Below, piece after piece: positions 1 through 7,757 of a stretch of 37,492 nucleotides of DNA. Below the pieces are notes generated by a model. It was given only the letters and a program-made list of their open reading frames with translations. It ran no database searches and was not told the origin of the DNA. A program made the position numbers and the translations under genes. Position 1 is the stretch's first letter, and each line of letters opens with the position of its first letter. The DNA is from Firmicutes bacterium UBA6418 (GTDB lineage: Bacteria > Bacillota > Clostridia > Peptostreptococcales > Anaerovoracaceae). Where the stretch lies: contig DJPG01000044.1 in assembly GCA_002439735.1 (NCBI GenBank), forward strand, positions 1 to 37,492, given 5' to 3'.

Positions 1-24
1 GAATTAAGAATTAAGACGAAAAGC

Positions 25-70
25 AAAGTGTACGGAAGCGATCCATACGTTCTTCGTACACTTTTTTCTT
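25..70 (+). terminator. Rho-independent terminator of the upstream gene
   Basis: AAAGTGTACG (25-34) / CGTACACTTT (55-64) inverted repeat followed by a T-run. Confidence 0.65.
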
Positions 71-137
71 GCAAAAATTTGCACAGTTTTTTCACATTGT
101 CGAATTGTTTGAAAAAAGTCTTTTTTCCGCGAAAGCC

Positions 138-165
138 TTGAAATAGAAAGCAGTTGTGGTATGAT
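138..165 (+). promoter_or_regulatory. sigmaA-type promoter of the oxidoreductase operon
   Basis: TTGAAA (138-143), 16-nt spacer, extended -10 TGgTATGAT (157-165). Confidence 0.55.
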
Positions 166-209
166 GGCTGTATTGAAAATTTACAATGCTCTCGATGAGG
201 TGGTTCAAA

Positions 210-407
210 ATGGAAAACAAACGATTGGTCATCAATCAAGCATGGTGCAAAGGCTGCGGTATCTGTGTGGCTTTTTGTCCAAAAGACGTACTGGAAATTG
301 TTCATGAAAAGGTCAGCGTTAAAAATGAAGTGGCATGTATTAAGTGCGGACTTTGTGAGCTGCGTTGTCCGGATTATGCAATCTATATTGAGAAGGAGGA
401 AGCGTGA
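210..407 (+). CDS. 2-oxoacid:ferredoxin oxidoreductase delta subunit (2x[4Fe-4S] ferredoxin)
   Basis: CKGCGICVAFCP and CIKCGLCELRCP motifs; RBS GAGGTGG before ATG 210; first gene of the operon. Confidence 0.9.
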   Translation: MENKRLVINQAWCKGCGICVAFCPKDVLEIVHEKVSVKNEVACIKCGLCELRCPDYAIYIEKEEA

Positions 408-1552
408 TGGCAAAGAGATTTCAGTTATTACAGGGAAATGAAGCCTGTGTAGAAGGTGCCATTGCGGCAGGCATGCGGTTCTTTGCAGGATATCCGATTA
501 CACCGTCCACGGAGATCGCCGAAAGAAGCGCGGTCAGACTTCCACAAGTTGGTGGAAAATTTATACAGATGGAAGATGAAATCGGAAGTATTGCAGCAGC
601 ACTCGGCGCGTCGGTTGCCGGATTGAAAGCCATGACTGCAACATCCGGTCCAGGCTTCTCGCTCAAACAGGAAAATATCGGCTATGCAGCGATTGCGGAA
701 ATTCCCATTGTGGTTGTAGATGTGCAGAGAGAGGGTCCGTCAACCGGGCTTCCAACCTCACCGTCGCAAGGTGATTTGATGCAGTCCAGATGGGGTACAC
801 ACGGAGATCATCCGATCATTGTTATTTCCCCATCTTCCGTACAGGAATGCTACACGGAGGTTGTGCGTGCTTTTAATATGACAGAACGGTTCCGCGTACC
901 GGTTATTTTCCTGATGGATGAGATCATCGGGCATCTGCGTGAGGGCTGTGAGCTGATTCCAACCGAAGAGCTGGAAATTCAGAATCGGCGTATTGACCGT
1001 GAGTTTAACGGAACGCTTGCCTATGCGGTACAGGAAGGAAACTATGTACCGGAGTATGCGCCATTCGGTGAGGGGGATCACTTTAACGTCACCGGATTGT
1101 TTCATGATCTGGATGGTTTCCCGACAAATGATAATGATATGACACATTCACAAGAACGAAGATTGTTGGATAAAATCCGCTTTCGGCGTGATCGTATCGA
1201 AAAATGGGAGGAAACAGACTGCGAGGAATGTGAAACATTAATTATTTGCTATGGTGGAACGGCAAGAGCCGTTGCGGGTGCGGTTGAGGAATCACAAAAG
1301 ACCGACTTTTTAAGGGTTGGAATTTTCCGCCCGATCACCGTATGGCCGTTCCCGGATCGAGCGTTGCTTAAAATCATTCGCGATAATAAGCACCTTAGAC
1401 AGATTATCGTATGTGAACATAATGATGGGCAGATGCTTTTGGAAGTACAGAGAGTCGTAGAGGGCAGAGTTCCGGTTGATTTTCTGGGCAAGATCGATGG
1501 AACAACGATCACACCGGCTGAGATTCTCAAAAAGATCAAGGAGGTATATTAA
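407..1552 (+). CDS. korA: 2-oxoacid:ferredoxin oxidoreductase alpha subunit (KorA/OorA-like)
   Basis: GNEA, FFAGYPITPSTE, QMEDE, TATSGPGFSLKQE and GPSTGLPT motifs; TGATG overlap with the upstream stop. Confidence 0.9.
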   Translation: MAKRFQLLQGNEACVEGAIAAGMRFFAGYPITPSTEIAERSAVRLPQVGGKFIQMEDEIGSIAAALGASVAGLKAMTATSGPGFSLKQENIGYAAIAEIPIVVVDVQREGPSTGLPTSPSQGDLMQSRWGTHGDHPIIVISPSSVQECYTEVVRAFNMTERFRVPVIFLMDEIIGHLREGCELIPTEELEIQNRRIDREFNGTLAYAVQEGNYVPEYAPFGEGDHFNVTGLFHDLDGFPTNDNDMTHSQERRLLDKIRFRRDRIEKWEETDCEECETLIICYGGTARAVAGAVEESQKTDFLRVGIFRPITVWPFPDRALLKIIRDNKHLRQIIVCEHNDGQMLLEVQRVVEGRVPVDFLGKIDGTTITPAEILKKIKEVY

Positions 1553-1553
1553 G

Positions 1554-2378
1554 ATGCCAAGTAAACTGATTGAAAAAACCATGCGTGTAAACCGGCTTCC
1601 GCACATCTGGTGCCCGGGCTGCGGGCATGGCATCCTCATGCGGGACGTGGCGCAGGCAATCGTAAACTGTGAACTGGATCCGGATAAGGTTGTCATCGTT
1701 TCCGGTATCGGGTGTTCCTCTAGAGCTGCCGGATACATGAATTACAATACATTGCATACAACCCATGGCAGAGCCATCGCATTTGCGACCGGTGTCAAAC
1801 TCGCAAACCCGGATCTGCACGTGATTGTCATCACCGGAGACGGTGACGCGACTGCGATCGGCGGAAATCATCTGATCCATGCATGCAGAAGAAACATTGA
1901 TCTGACGGTCATTGTATTCAACAATAACATTTATGGTATGACTGGCGGACAATACTCTCCAACCACGCCACATGGCGAAAAAGGAACCACGGCACCTTAT
2001 GGAAATATTGACTACAACTTTGATATTCCGAAACTGGCAGAGGCATCCGGCGCAACCTATACTGCGCGTGGATCCGCATTCCATGTACCGCAAATGATAC
2101 ATTTGATTGAAAACGGAATCAAGCATAAGGGCTTCTCCGTGATTGAGGGACTGAGCGTTTGCCCGACCTATTACGGTCGCAAAAACAAAAAAGGTAGTGC
2201 TGTCGATATGTATCACTGGCAGCAGGAGCACTGTATCGACAACACAAAAGCAGCAAAGATGACGTCGGAAGAGTTGGAAGGAAAAGTTCTGATCGGGGAA
2301 ATGTCACACTGTGATAAGCCGGAATATACAGACATGTACATGGAGATCATCCATAAATGCGGAGGTGACAAGGAATGA
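1554..2378 (+). CDS. korB: 2-oxoacid:ferredoxin oxidoreductase beta subunit (TPP-binding)
   Basis: WCPGCG, SGIGCS, GDGD...NNNIYGMTGGQYSPT TPP motif; RBS AAGGAGG. Confidence 0.9.
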   Translation: MPSKLIEKTMRVNRLPHIWCPGCGHGILMRDVAQAIVNCELDPDKVVIVSGIGCSSRAAGYMNYNTLHTTHGRAIAFATGVKLANPDLHVIVITGDGDATAIGGNHLIHACRRNIDLTVIVFNNNIYGMTGGQYSPTTPHGEKGTTAPYGNIDYNFDIPKLAEASGATYTARGSAFHVPQMIHLIENGIKHKGFSVIEGLSVCPTYYGRKNKKGSAVDMYHWQQEHCIDNTKAAKMTSEELEGKVLIGEMSHCDKPEYTDMYMEIIHKCGGDKE

Positions 2379-2932
2379 AAAAAGCAGAATTAAGATTTAC
2401 CGGTTCCGGCGGTCAGGGCGTCATCATGGCGACCATCATTCTGGCAGAAGCTGCTTACGCGGATAAACTGCAGGCGGTACAGTCACAGTCCTACGGCCCG
2501 GAGGCCAGAGGCGGACTCTGCAAAGCGGAATGCATCATCGACGACAAACCAATCAGCTATACCAAGGTCATTTTGCCGAACCTGTTGCTGTCCTTAACGC
2601 AGGCGTCGCTGGACAAATATGTCGGAAGTCTGCAAAAAGACGCTGTGATCCTGGTAGACAGCGGACTGACCGTACCGGAAGACGTGAAAGCAAAGCATAC
2701 GGTCATCAGTCTGCCGATCCTCGACTCCGCCGTAGAAGTCATCCACAATCCGATGGCGGCCAACATCATTTCGGTCGGAGCGGTCAACGCGATCATGCAG
2801 CTGGCATCCGAAGCTTCGTTGGAAGAAGCGGTTCTCAACCATATCCCGAAAGGGACCGAAGAAAAGAACATCCAAGCGCTGCATCTTGGCGCAAAGATGG
2901 CAAAAGAAGCGCTGCAGGCGCAGACCGCGTAA
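2375..2932 (+). CDS. korC: 2-oxoacid:ferredoxin oxidoreductase gamma subunit
   Basis: GSGGQGVI and SYGPEARGG motifs; ATGA overlap with beta subunit. Confidence 0.9.
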   Translation: MKKAELRFTGSGGQGVIMATIILAEAAYADKLQAVQSQSYGPEARGGLCKAECIIDDKPISYTKVILPNLLLSLTQASLDKYVGSLQKDAVILVDSGLTVPEDVKAKHTVISLPILDSAVEVIHNPMAANIISVGAVNAIMQLASEASLEEAVLNHIPKGTEEKNIQALHLGAKMAKEALQAQTA

Positions 2933-2961
2933 AGCGGATAAATGCATCCTTATCAATCATG

Positions 2962-3010
2962 GGGGCTGTCGCATCCACGGAAAACAACCGCGAGGGCGAC
3001 AGCCCCTTTT
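2962..3010 (+). terminator. Terminator of the oxidoreductase operon
   Basis: GGGGCTGTCGC (2962-2972) / GCGACAGCCCC (2996-3006) followed by TTTT. Confidence 0.75.
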
Positions 3011-3039
3011 GAGTTTTTTGAGATTTCCGGGCAGCTTAC

Positions 3040-3410
3040 GGGATCATGAAAAAGGCTTGAAATTAAACGATTTTTCGTATAAACTGGTGATAAACACAAA
3101 GTGTTCAGAGAAGAAAGTACCGGAGAAACTGAAACCGCTGTTTGCGTATGTCAACGGTGCAGAGAATTTCGAAAGCTCAGACCTTGTAAAGAGGATCGAC
3201 CAACGAGTGAAGAAATTCAACTTGGACGAATGGAGGAAGAAGTTTATGACATTCGAGTATTATGTGAAAGAGAAAGCAGAGCGTGCATACGAGGAAGGCG
3301 CAGCACAGAAAGAGCGTGAGATCGCCCAAAAATTTAAGGAGTCCGGAATCCCGATCGATGTGATCGCAAAGAACACCGGTCTGACGCCGGAGGAAGTCGC
3401 GGAACTATAA
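3040..3410 (+). pseudogene. 5'-truncated Rpn-family (PD-(D/E)XK nuclease/putative transposase) remnant
   Basis: Frame reads LKLNDFSYKLVINTK...LKPLFAYVN...AYEEG..KEREIAQKFKESGIPIDVIAKNTGLTPEEVAEL, typical of an Rpn C-terminal half; no start/RBS for a full-length gene and no nuclease domain; 5' boundary approximate. Confidence 0.75.
3246..3410 (+). CDS. 54-aa internally initiated RpnS-like protein (Rpn C-terminal domain)
   Basis: GGAGGA (3232-3237) 8 nt before in-frame ATG 3246; intact ORF MTFEYYVKEK...EEVAEL; terminator follows. Confidence 0.55.
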   Translation: MTFEYYVKEKAERAYEEGAAQKEREIAQKFKESGIPIDVIAKNTGLTPEEVAEL

Positions 3411-3421
3411 GCGATAGAAGC

Positions 3422-3472
3422 AAAAATGCAGGTTGAACGACGGGGAGCATGTCGGACGGCCTGCATTTTTTT
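3422..3472 (+). terminator. Terminator-like hairpin after the Rpn remnant
   Basis: AAAAATGCAGG (3422-3432) / CCTGCATTTTT (3460-3470) with T-run. Confidence 0.65.
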
Positions 3473-3704
3473 GACCGTCTTCATGCGAAGAATTTCCGGA
3501 TGAATCATGTACTGCTTTTCGGCGGGTTTTCAAAATTTTGTACGCGGCAGGGACTATATGGATGAAAGAATTTTACAGATAGAGAAAAAGTCTCCTGTCA
3601 CTCCGGAGCTTCTTTTGTCAAACCATGTCGAACATGCTCGATAGGTGTTGCCGCGAGTGTGTAGCGAAAACATCACAGCTCGTTTTGGCTTATAGAAAAT
3701 GTAA

Positions 3705-3782
3705 ATAATGTACTGAAATGCGCAGAAATCCCGTGAAAGCCCGTGCAGATTTTTCAAAAATAGCGTATAGGCAGTACATTAT
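3705..3782. repeat. 11-bp perfect inverted repeat ATAATGTACTG / CAGTACATTAT
   Basis: Arms at 3705-3715 and 3772-3782; a further ATGTACTGC copy at 3507-3515. Confidence 0.6.
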
Positions 3783-3874
3783 GCATACTTAGAAAATTAT
3801 GGAAGTTCGCCGTGCGATTGGTGCGATTTTTGGCCCTTTGCTGGTCCTTTCCTAGCGGCTATAATAAAAAGCAT

Positions 3875-3928
3875 AATAAAACAGAGTACGATCGGCCAAT
3901 TTTTCGGTGATCGTACTCTGAATTTTTT
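3875..3928 (-). terminator. Terminator of the TRAP operon (bidirectional form)
   Basis: CAGAGTACGATC (3882-3893) / GATCGTACTCTG (3909-3920), flanked by A-run and T-run. Confidence 0.7.
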
Positions 3929-4033
3929 GCGGAAGTTCGAGTCGCATCTTATTATGAAGGAAATATCGTTCCGATATTTCCGGAATAACAAGAAAGTCTA
4001 CCGCTAAAAATCTGATCGGCGAAGCCGACTTTC

Positions 4034-6022
4034 TTATGCGGCTGCGTTTCTGCGTCTCTTGGTGATTTCCTGAACGGCGCAGATGCCGACAACGATGGCG
4101 ATACCAATCAGGTCTGTCACAGCGCCCGGATCGATCAGCAGCAGTCCGCCGGCGATGATCGCGATGCGGAGCGGCCATTTCATGTGGTCAAAGGCATAAC
4201 CGCGAAGACCTGCGGCAACGCCGAAGACGCCGATGAACGCGGTGCAGATGACCTGTACGCCCTGCAGCGGGCTTGCGAGGTCGATCAGCAGAAGGGCAGG
4301 ATTCAAGCCGAAGCAATACGGTACAATGAAGGCTGCGATCGCCAGCGAAGTCGCGTTAAACGCCGTTTTCATCGGTCTGGAGCCTGCGATCGCACTGCCG
4401 GCATAGGCTGCGAGTGCAACCGGCGGTGTGATGTCGGCAACGATGCCGAAGTAGAATACGAACATGTGCGCGCAGAGCACCGGCATACCCATCTGCATCA
4501 GGATCGGTGCGCAGGTGGTGGCCATGATCACGTAGTTTGCGGTGGTCGGAACGCCCATGCCGAGAATGATGCAGGTCACCATGGTCAAGATCATTGCGAT
4601 GAACATATTGCCGCCTGCAAGGCCGACGATGGCGGAGATCAGTTTGGTACCGATACCTGTCGTCGTGATGACACAGGCGATCATACCGGCGACCGCACAA
4701 GCGGCGCCTACGGTCAAGGTACTCTTGGCGGTATCCTGCAGCGCATCAAAGAACTTGCTCGGTGTGATGCGTGTTTCCTTGCGGAACAGGCTGACTGCGA
4801 TGGCCAGAAGCGTGCCGATGATAGCGGCCATGGCCATGGTCGTCTTGAGAATGAAGATGACCAGCGCGATCAGCGGAACCAGCAGGTAGCCCTTTGTGAA
4901 GAGAGTCTGGAAGAACTTTGGCAGGTGCTCCTTAGAGAGACCCTTCAGACCGGTTTTCTTCGCTTCCAGATGTACGGCGATGAAAACACCGGAAAAATAC
5001 AGGAAAGCCGGAATGATCGCTTTGACTGCGATCGTGCTGTAAGGCGTACTTGCGTATTCTGCCATCAGGAAAGCTGCAGCACCCATGATCGGCGGCATGA
5101 TCTGACCGCCGGTAGAAGCAGCCGCCTCGACTGCGCCTGCAAATTCCGGTTTGTATCCGGTTCTCTTCATCATCGGAATGGTGATCGCGCCTGTGGTAAC
5201 GGTATTACCGACAGAGGAGCCGGAAACCATACCGCAGAGGGCAGAGGAGATGACTGCGACCTTTGCAGGACCGCCGTCGGAACTGCCCGCGATGGAATTC
5301 GCCAGTTCGATGAAGAAGTCTGTGATACCGGTTTTGCCTAAAAAGCTGCCGAACATAACGAACAGCACGATGAAGGTCGAGCAGGCCCGGATCGGGGTAC
5401 CAATCACACCCTCAGTCGTATAAAAGAGGTTATATACGTTCAGGAGCAGTGTCCGCTGGGTCATCGCGTAAATGATGAATAGAGAAGCCACGATGACGAT
5501 CGGAAAACCGACGGAACGTCTGCAGGCTTCGAGAGTCACTAAGATACCGATGATGCCGAAGATCATTTCGGTGGTACCGATCATGATGCCCTGGTTAATG
5601 ATTTTCGTACAGTTAAAGACGAAATAGAAGTAGGAAACGCCGCCCGCGATTGCCAGCAGCACATCATACCACGGAACATAGTTCTGTTTCTTTTCGGAAT
5701 TTTTCCTTGCCGGGAACAAGAGGAAAATGAATACAACGATGCATCCGACGAAAGACGCTCTTTCGATTCTTGTTTCCCAGTTGAACAGGAAGTTGATCAA
5801 CACACAATAGATCGCGAAAGCAACCATTAAATAGCGAATGACGGAGTTCGGAAGTCCGACCCATTTACGGGTATTGGATTCACGGTCATATTTTTCCATG
5901 ACCTCCTGGACTTTGGCTTCCATTTCTTCCATGGTCAGCTCTTCATCGAAGTCTGTGGAGGTGGAAGCTGTTTCAGGCACACCTTGAGCCGGTTCTTCTT
6001 TTTGTTTCTTTAAAAAAGTCAA
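4034..6022 (-). CDS. TAXI-TRAP transporter fused permease (4TM/12TM, DctQM)
   Basis: GGPAKVAV, EAAASTGGQIMPPIMGAAAF, LGMGVPTTANY and ADITPPVALAAY motifs; probable TTG start at 6022 after AAGGAG. Confidence 0.9.
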   Translation of the reverse strand: MTFLKKQKEEPAQGVPETASTSTDFDEELTMEEMEAKVQEVMEKYDRESNTRKWVGLPNSVIRYLMVAFAIYCVLINFLFNWETRIERASFVGCIVVFIFLLFPARKNSEKKQNYVPWYDVLLAIAGGVSYFYFVFNCTKIINQGIMIGTTEMIFGIIGILVTLEACRRSVGFPIVIVASLFIIYAMTQRTLLLNVYNLFYTTEGVIGTPIRACSTFIVLFVMFGSFLGKTGITDFFIELANSIAGSSDGGPAKVAVISSALCGMVSGSSVGNTVTTGAITIPMMKRTGYKPEFAGAVEAAASTGGQIMPPIMGAAAFLMAEYASTPYSTIAVKAIIPAFLYFSGVFIAVHLEAKKTGLKGLSKEHLPKFFQTLFTKGYLLVPLIALVIFILKTTMAMAAIIGTLLAIAVSLFRKETRITPSKFFDALQDTAKSTLTVGAACAVAGMIACVITTTGIGTKLISAIVGLAGGNMFIAMILTMVTCIILGMGVPTTANYVIMATTCAPILMQMGMPVLCAHMFVFYFGIVADITPPVALAAYAGSAIAGSRPMKTAFNATSLAIAAFIVPYCFGLNPALLLIDLASPLQGVQVICTAFIGVFGVAAGLRGYAFDHMKWPLRIAIIAGGLLLIDPGAVTDLIGIAIVVGICAVQEITKRRRNAAA

Positions 6023-6054
6023 ATTGCATTCTCCTTTCTGATAGGGGGATGGTG

Positions 6055-6537
6055 TTAACGTATTTGCAGTCTGATCTTGGCGTTGCGTCCGCACAGATCC
6101 CGCAGGCTGATCTCTTCATCGCCGATCGCGAGAACATGATCCGAAACTGTGCCGACCACATAGATCAGATCGGGGATGTACATATTGTAGCCCGAGATGA
6201 TCATTTCACCGTTTTTCCCGTAGGAAAAGGTCTGACCATCGGATATCGTTGTCGGAACGCCGGCGCCGAACCCGTAGTAAAGAGTTCGATCCAGATAGAT
6301 ATCGCCGTCCCGGGCAGTGTAGACATCTGTCACGGGTGATTTGTTGACAGAATGGATAAAAGTGATGGAAAACTCGCGGTCTTTCGGAAGCGGCAGGGCA
6401 GCGTATTCCTTGCCGGAGTCAACATCGATGATCGTTAAGGTTTCGTTCGGATTTTTTTTCGCCATGATTACAACGATAACCGCAGCGCACAGAAGCACTA
6501 CGGTTATGCTGATGAATAATTTCTTTTGTTTTGACAT
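6055..6537 (-). CDS. DUF1850-family TAXI-TRAP accessory protein
   Basis: FSITFIHSVNKSPV...FGAGVP motif, N-terminal membrane anchor, position between SBP and permease. Confidence 0.8.
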   Translation of the reverse strand: MSKQKKLFISITVVLLCAAVIVVIMAKKNPNETLTIIDVDSGKEYAALPLPKDREFSITFIHSVNKSPVTDVYTARDGDIYLDRTLYYGFGAGVPTTISDGQTFSYGKNGEMIISGYNMYIPDLIYVVGTVSDHVLAIGDEEISLRDLCGRNAKIRLQIR

Positions 6538-6557
6538 TTTCACAAGTCACAGGCCGG

Positions 6558-7544
6558 TTACAGCGCGCCGATCTCCTTGAAGTACTGTTCCGCGCCTGGG
6601 TGGAACGGAACGGTGGAGCCGGTAACCGCGGTGGTCTGGTCAATCAGATCGAATTTATCCTTGAAGCCTGCTGCACCGAGCTTGTCCTTCAGCTCAAACA
6701 TGCCCTTTGTAAATTCGTACACGACTTCGGTCGGAACGTCGTTTCTGCATGCCAGCGTTGCCATAACCGCAACGGTCTTCACGTCTTTGTCCACCGGAGT
6801 GTAAGTGCCGGCCGGAACGGTAATGTCGGTGTAGAAACCGTAGTCTGCTTTTAACTGATCCGCGTGCTCCGCGTCAACCTCCAGCAGGTTGAATTTATAA
6901 CCGCTTGCAGCAAGCTCGGTAACTGCAGTAGTCGGTGCGCCGGCAACGACGAAAGCTGCGTCGATCTGACCGTTCTTGAGCGCGTCGGCGGAGTCTGCGA
7001 AGGACTGGCTGTTCTTGACGATATCGGAGTCAATGTCCATACCGTAAGCGGCCAGAATCTGACGGGCGTTGAACTCTACGCCGGAACCTGCGTCACCGGT
7101 GGATACGCGCTTGCCTTTTAACTGGTCGATGGATGTGATATCTTTCTGCGCGATGATCTGGATGGTTTCCGGGTAGCATACCATGATCGTGGAGAAGTCC
7201 GTGTAAGGATCCTGCCCCTCGAAGAGATCGGTAGCGTTATACGCATAGTCCATAACGTCGTTCTGTACGATCGCGATCTGGCTCGCGCCGACCTGCAGCT
7301 GCTGGATGTTCGCCATGGAAGCACCGGTGGAAACCGCGGAGAGGTTCATAACATCACCGAGTTCCTGGTTGAACACCTGCGCAATGATGCCGCAGTAACC
7401 GTAGTAAGTACCGGATGTACCGCCGGTCGCGATGCTTAAGTTTGCAGGGCCGTCGCCGCTGTCACTGTTTCCGCAGGCAGCGAAGGTGAAGACCATGAGC
7501 ATGATCAGGATCAGAGATAAAATCTTCGATAAGTTCTTTTTCAT
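6558..7544 (-). CDS. TAXI-family TRAP solute-binding lipoprotein
   Basis: Lipobox FAAC, IATGGTSGTYY, STGAS, LKGKRVS.GDAGSG and VPFHPGA motifs; RBS GGAGG. Confidence 0.9.
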   Translation of the reverse strand: MKKNLSKILSLILIMLMVFTFAACGNSDSGDGPANLSIATGGTSGTYYGYCGIIAQVFNQELGDVMNLSAVSTGASMANIQQLQVGASQIAIVQNDVMDYAYNATDLFEGQDPYTDFSTIMVCYPETIQIIAQKDITSIDQLKGKRVSTGDAGSGVEFNARQILAAYGMDIDSDIVKNSQSFADSADALKNGQIDAAFVVAGAPTTAVTELAASGYKFNLLEVDAEHADQLKADYGFYTDITVPAGTYTPVDKDVKTVAVMATLACRNDVPTEVVYEFTKGMFELKDKLGAAGFKDKFDLIDQTTAVTGSTVPFHPGAEQYFKEIGAL

Positions 7545-7598
7545 AAGTTTCCTCCGTTTAAAGATTCCTATAGTCTGCTTGTTTTTAATTTAGTACTT

Positions 7599-7631
7599 TA
7601 TCATGATAGCATACCGGTATACAAATGTAAA
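7599..7631 (-). promoter_or_regulatory. sigmaA promoter of the TRAP operon with a palindrome in the spacer
   Basis: Minus strand TTTACA-N17-TATCAT with TG extension; palindrome ATACCGGTAT (7611-7620) lies between -35 and -10. Confidence 0.6.
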
Positions 7632-7682
7632 GAAAAAAGAAACAATTTTTAAACATTTTTCTAAAAAGTGTTTTGTATCGGT

Positions 7683-7716
7683 AAAAAGACACCGTCCTGC
7701 GGGAGGGCGGCGTCTT
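7683..7716 (-). terminator. Terminator of the Cys-rich gene
   Basis: Minus strand AAGACGCCGCCCT-cccgc-AGGACGGTGTCTT followed by T-run. Confidence 0.7.
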
Positions 7717-7757
7717 GGGTCTGATCGCAGATGATCGGAAACGCGCAGCAGAACGCG

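Noticed and set aside
80..97. Possible Rex box (TTCACA half-site) upstream of the oxidoreductase operon
   Set aside because: The left half does not match TTGTGAA; only one half-site.
2886..3040. N-terminal part of the 174-aa ORF 2886..3410
   Set aside because: Overlaps korC and runs through its terminator with no RBS; only the part beyond about 3040 looks like real protein.
3558..3644. 28-aa ORF MDERILQIEKKSPV...
   Set aside because: Weak RBS, no recognisable motif, length expected by chance.
4184..5341. 385-aa + strand ORF and similar long antisense ORFs (9164..10072, 22037..23047, 28294..29565)
   Set aside because: Shadow frames of well-supported genes on the opposite strand; no RBS or motifs.
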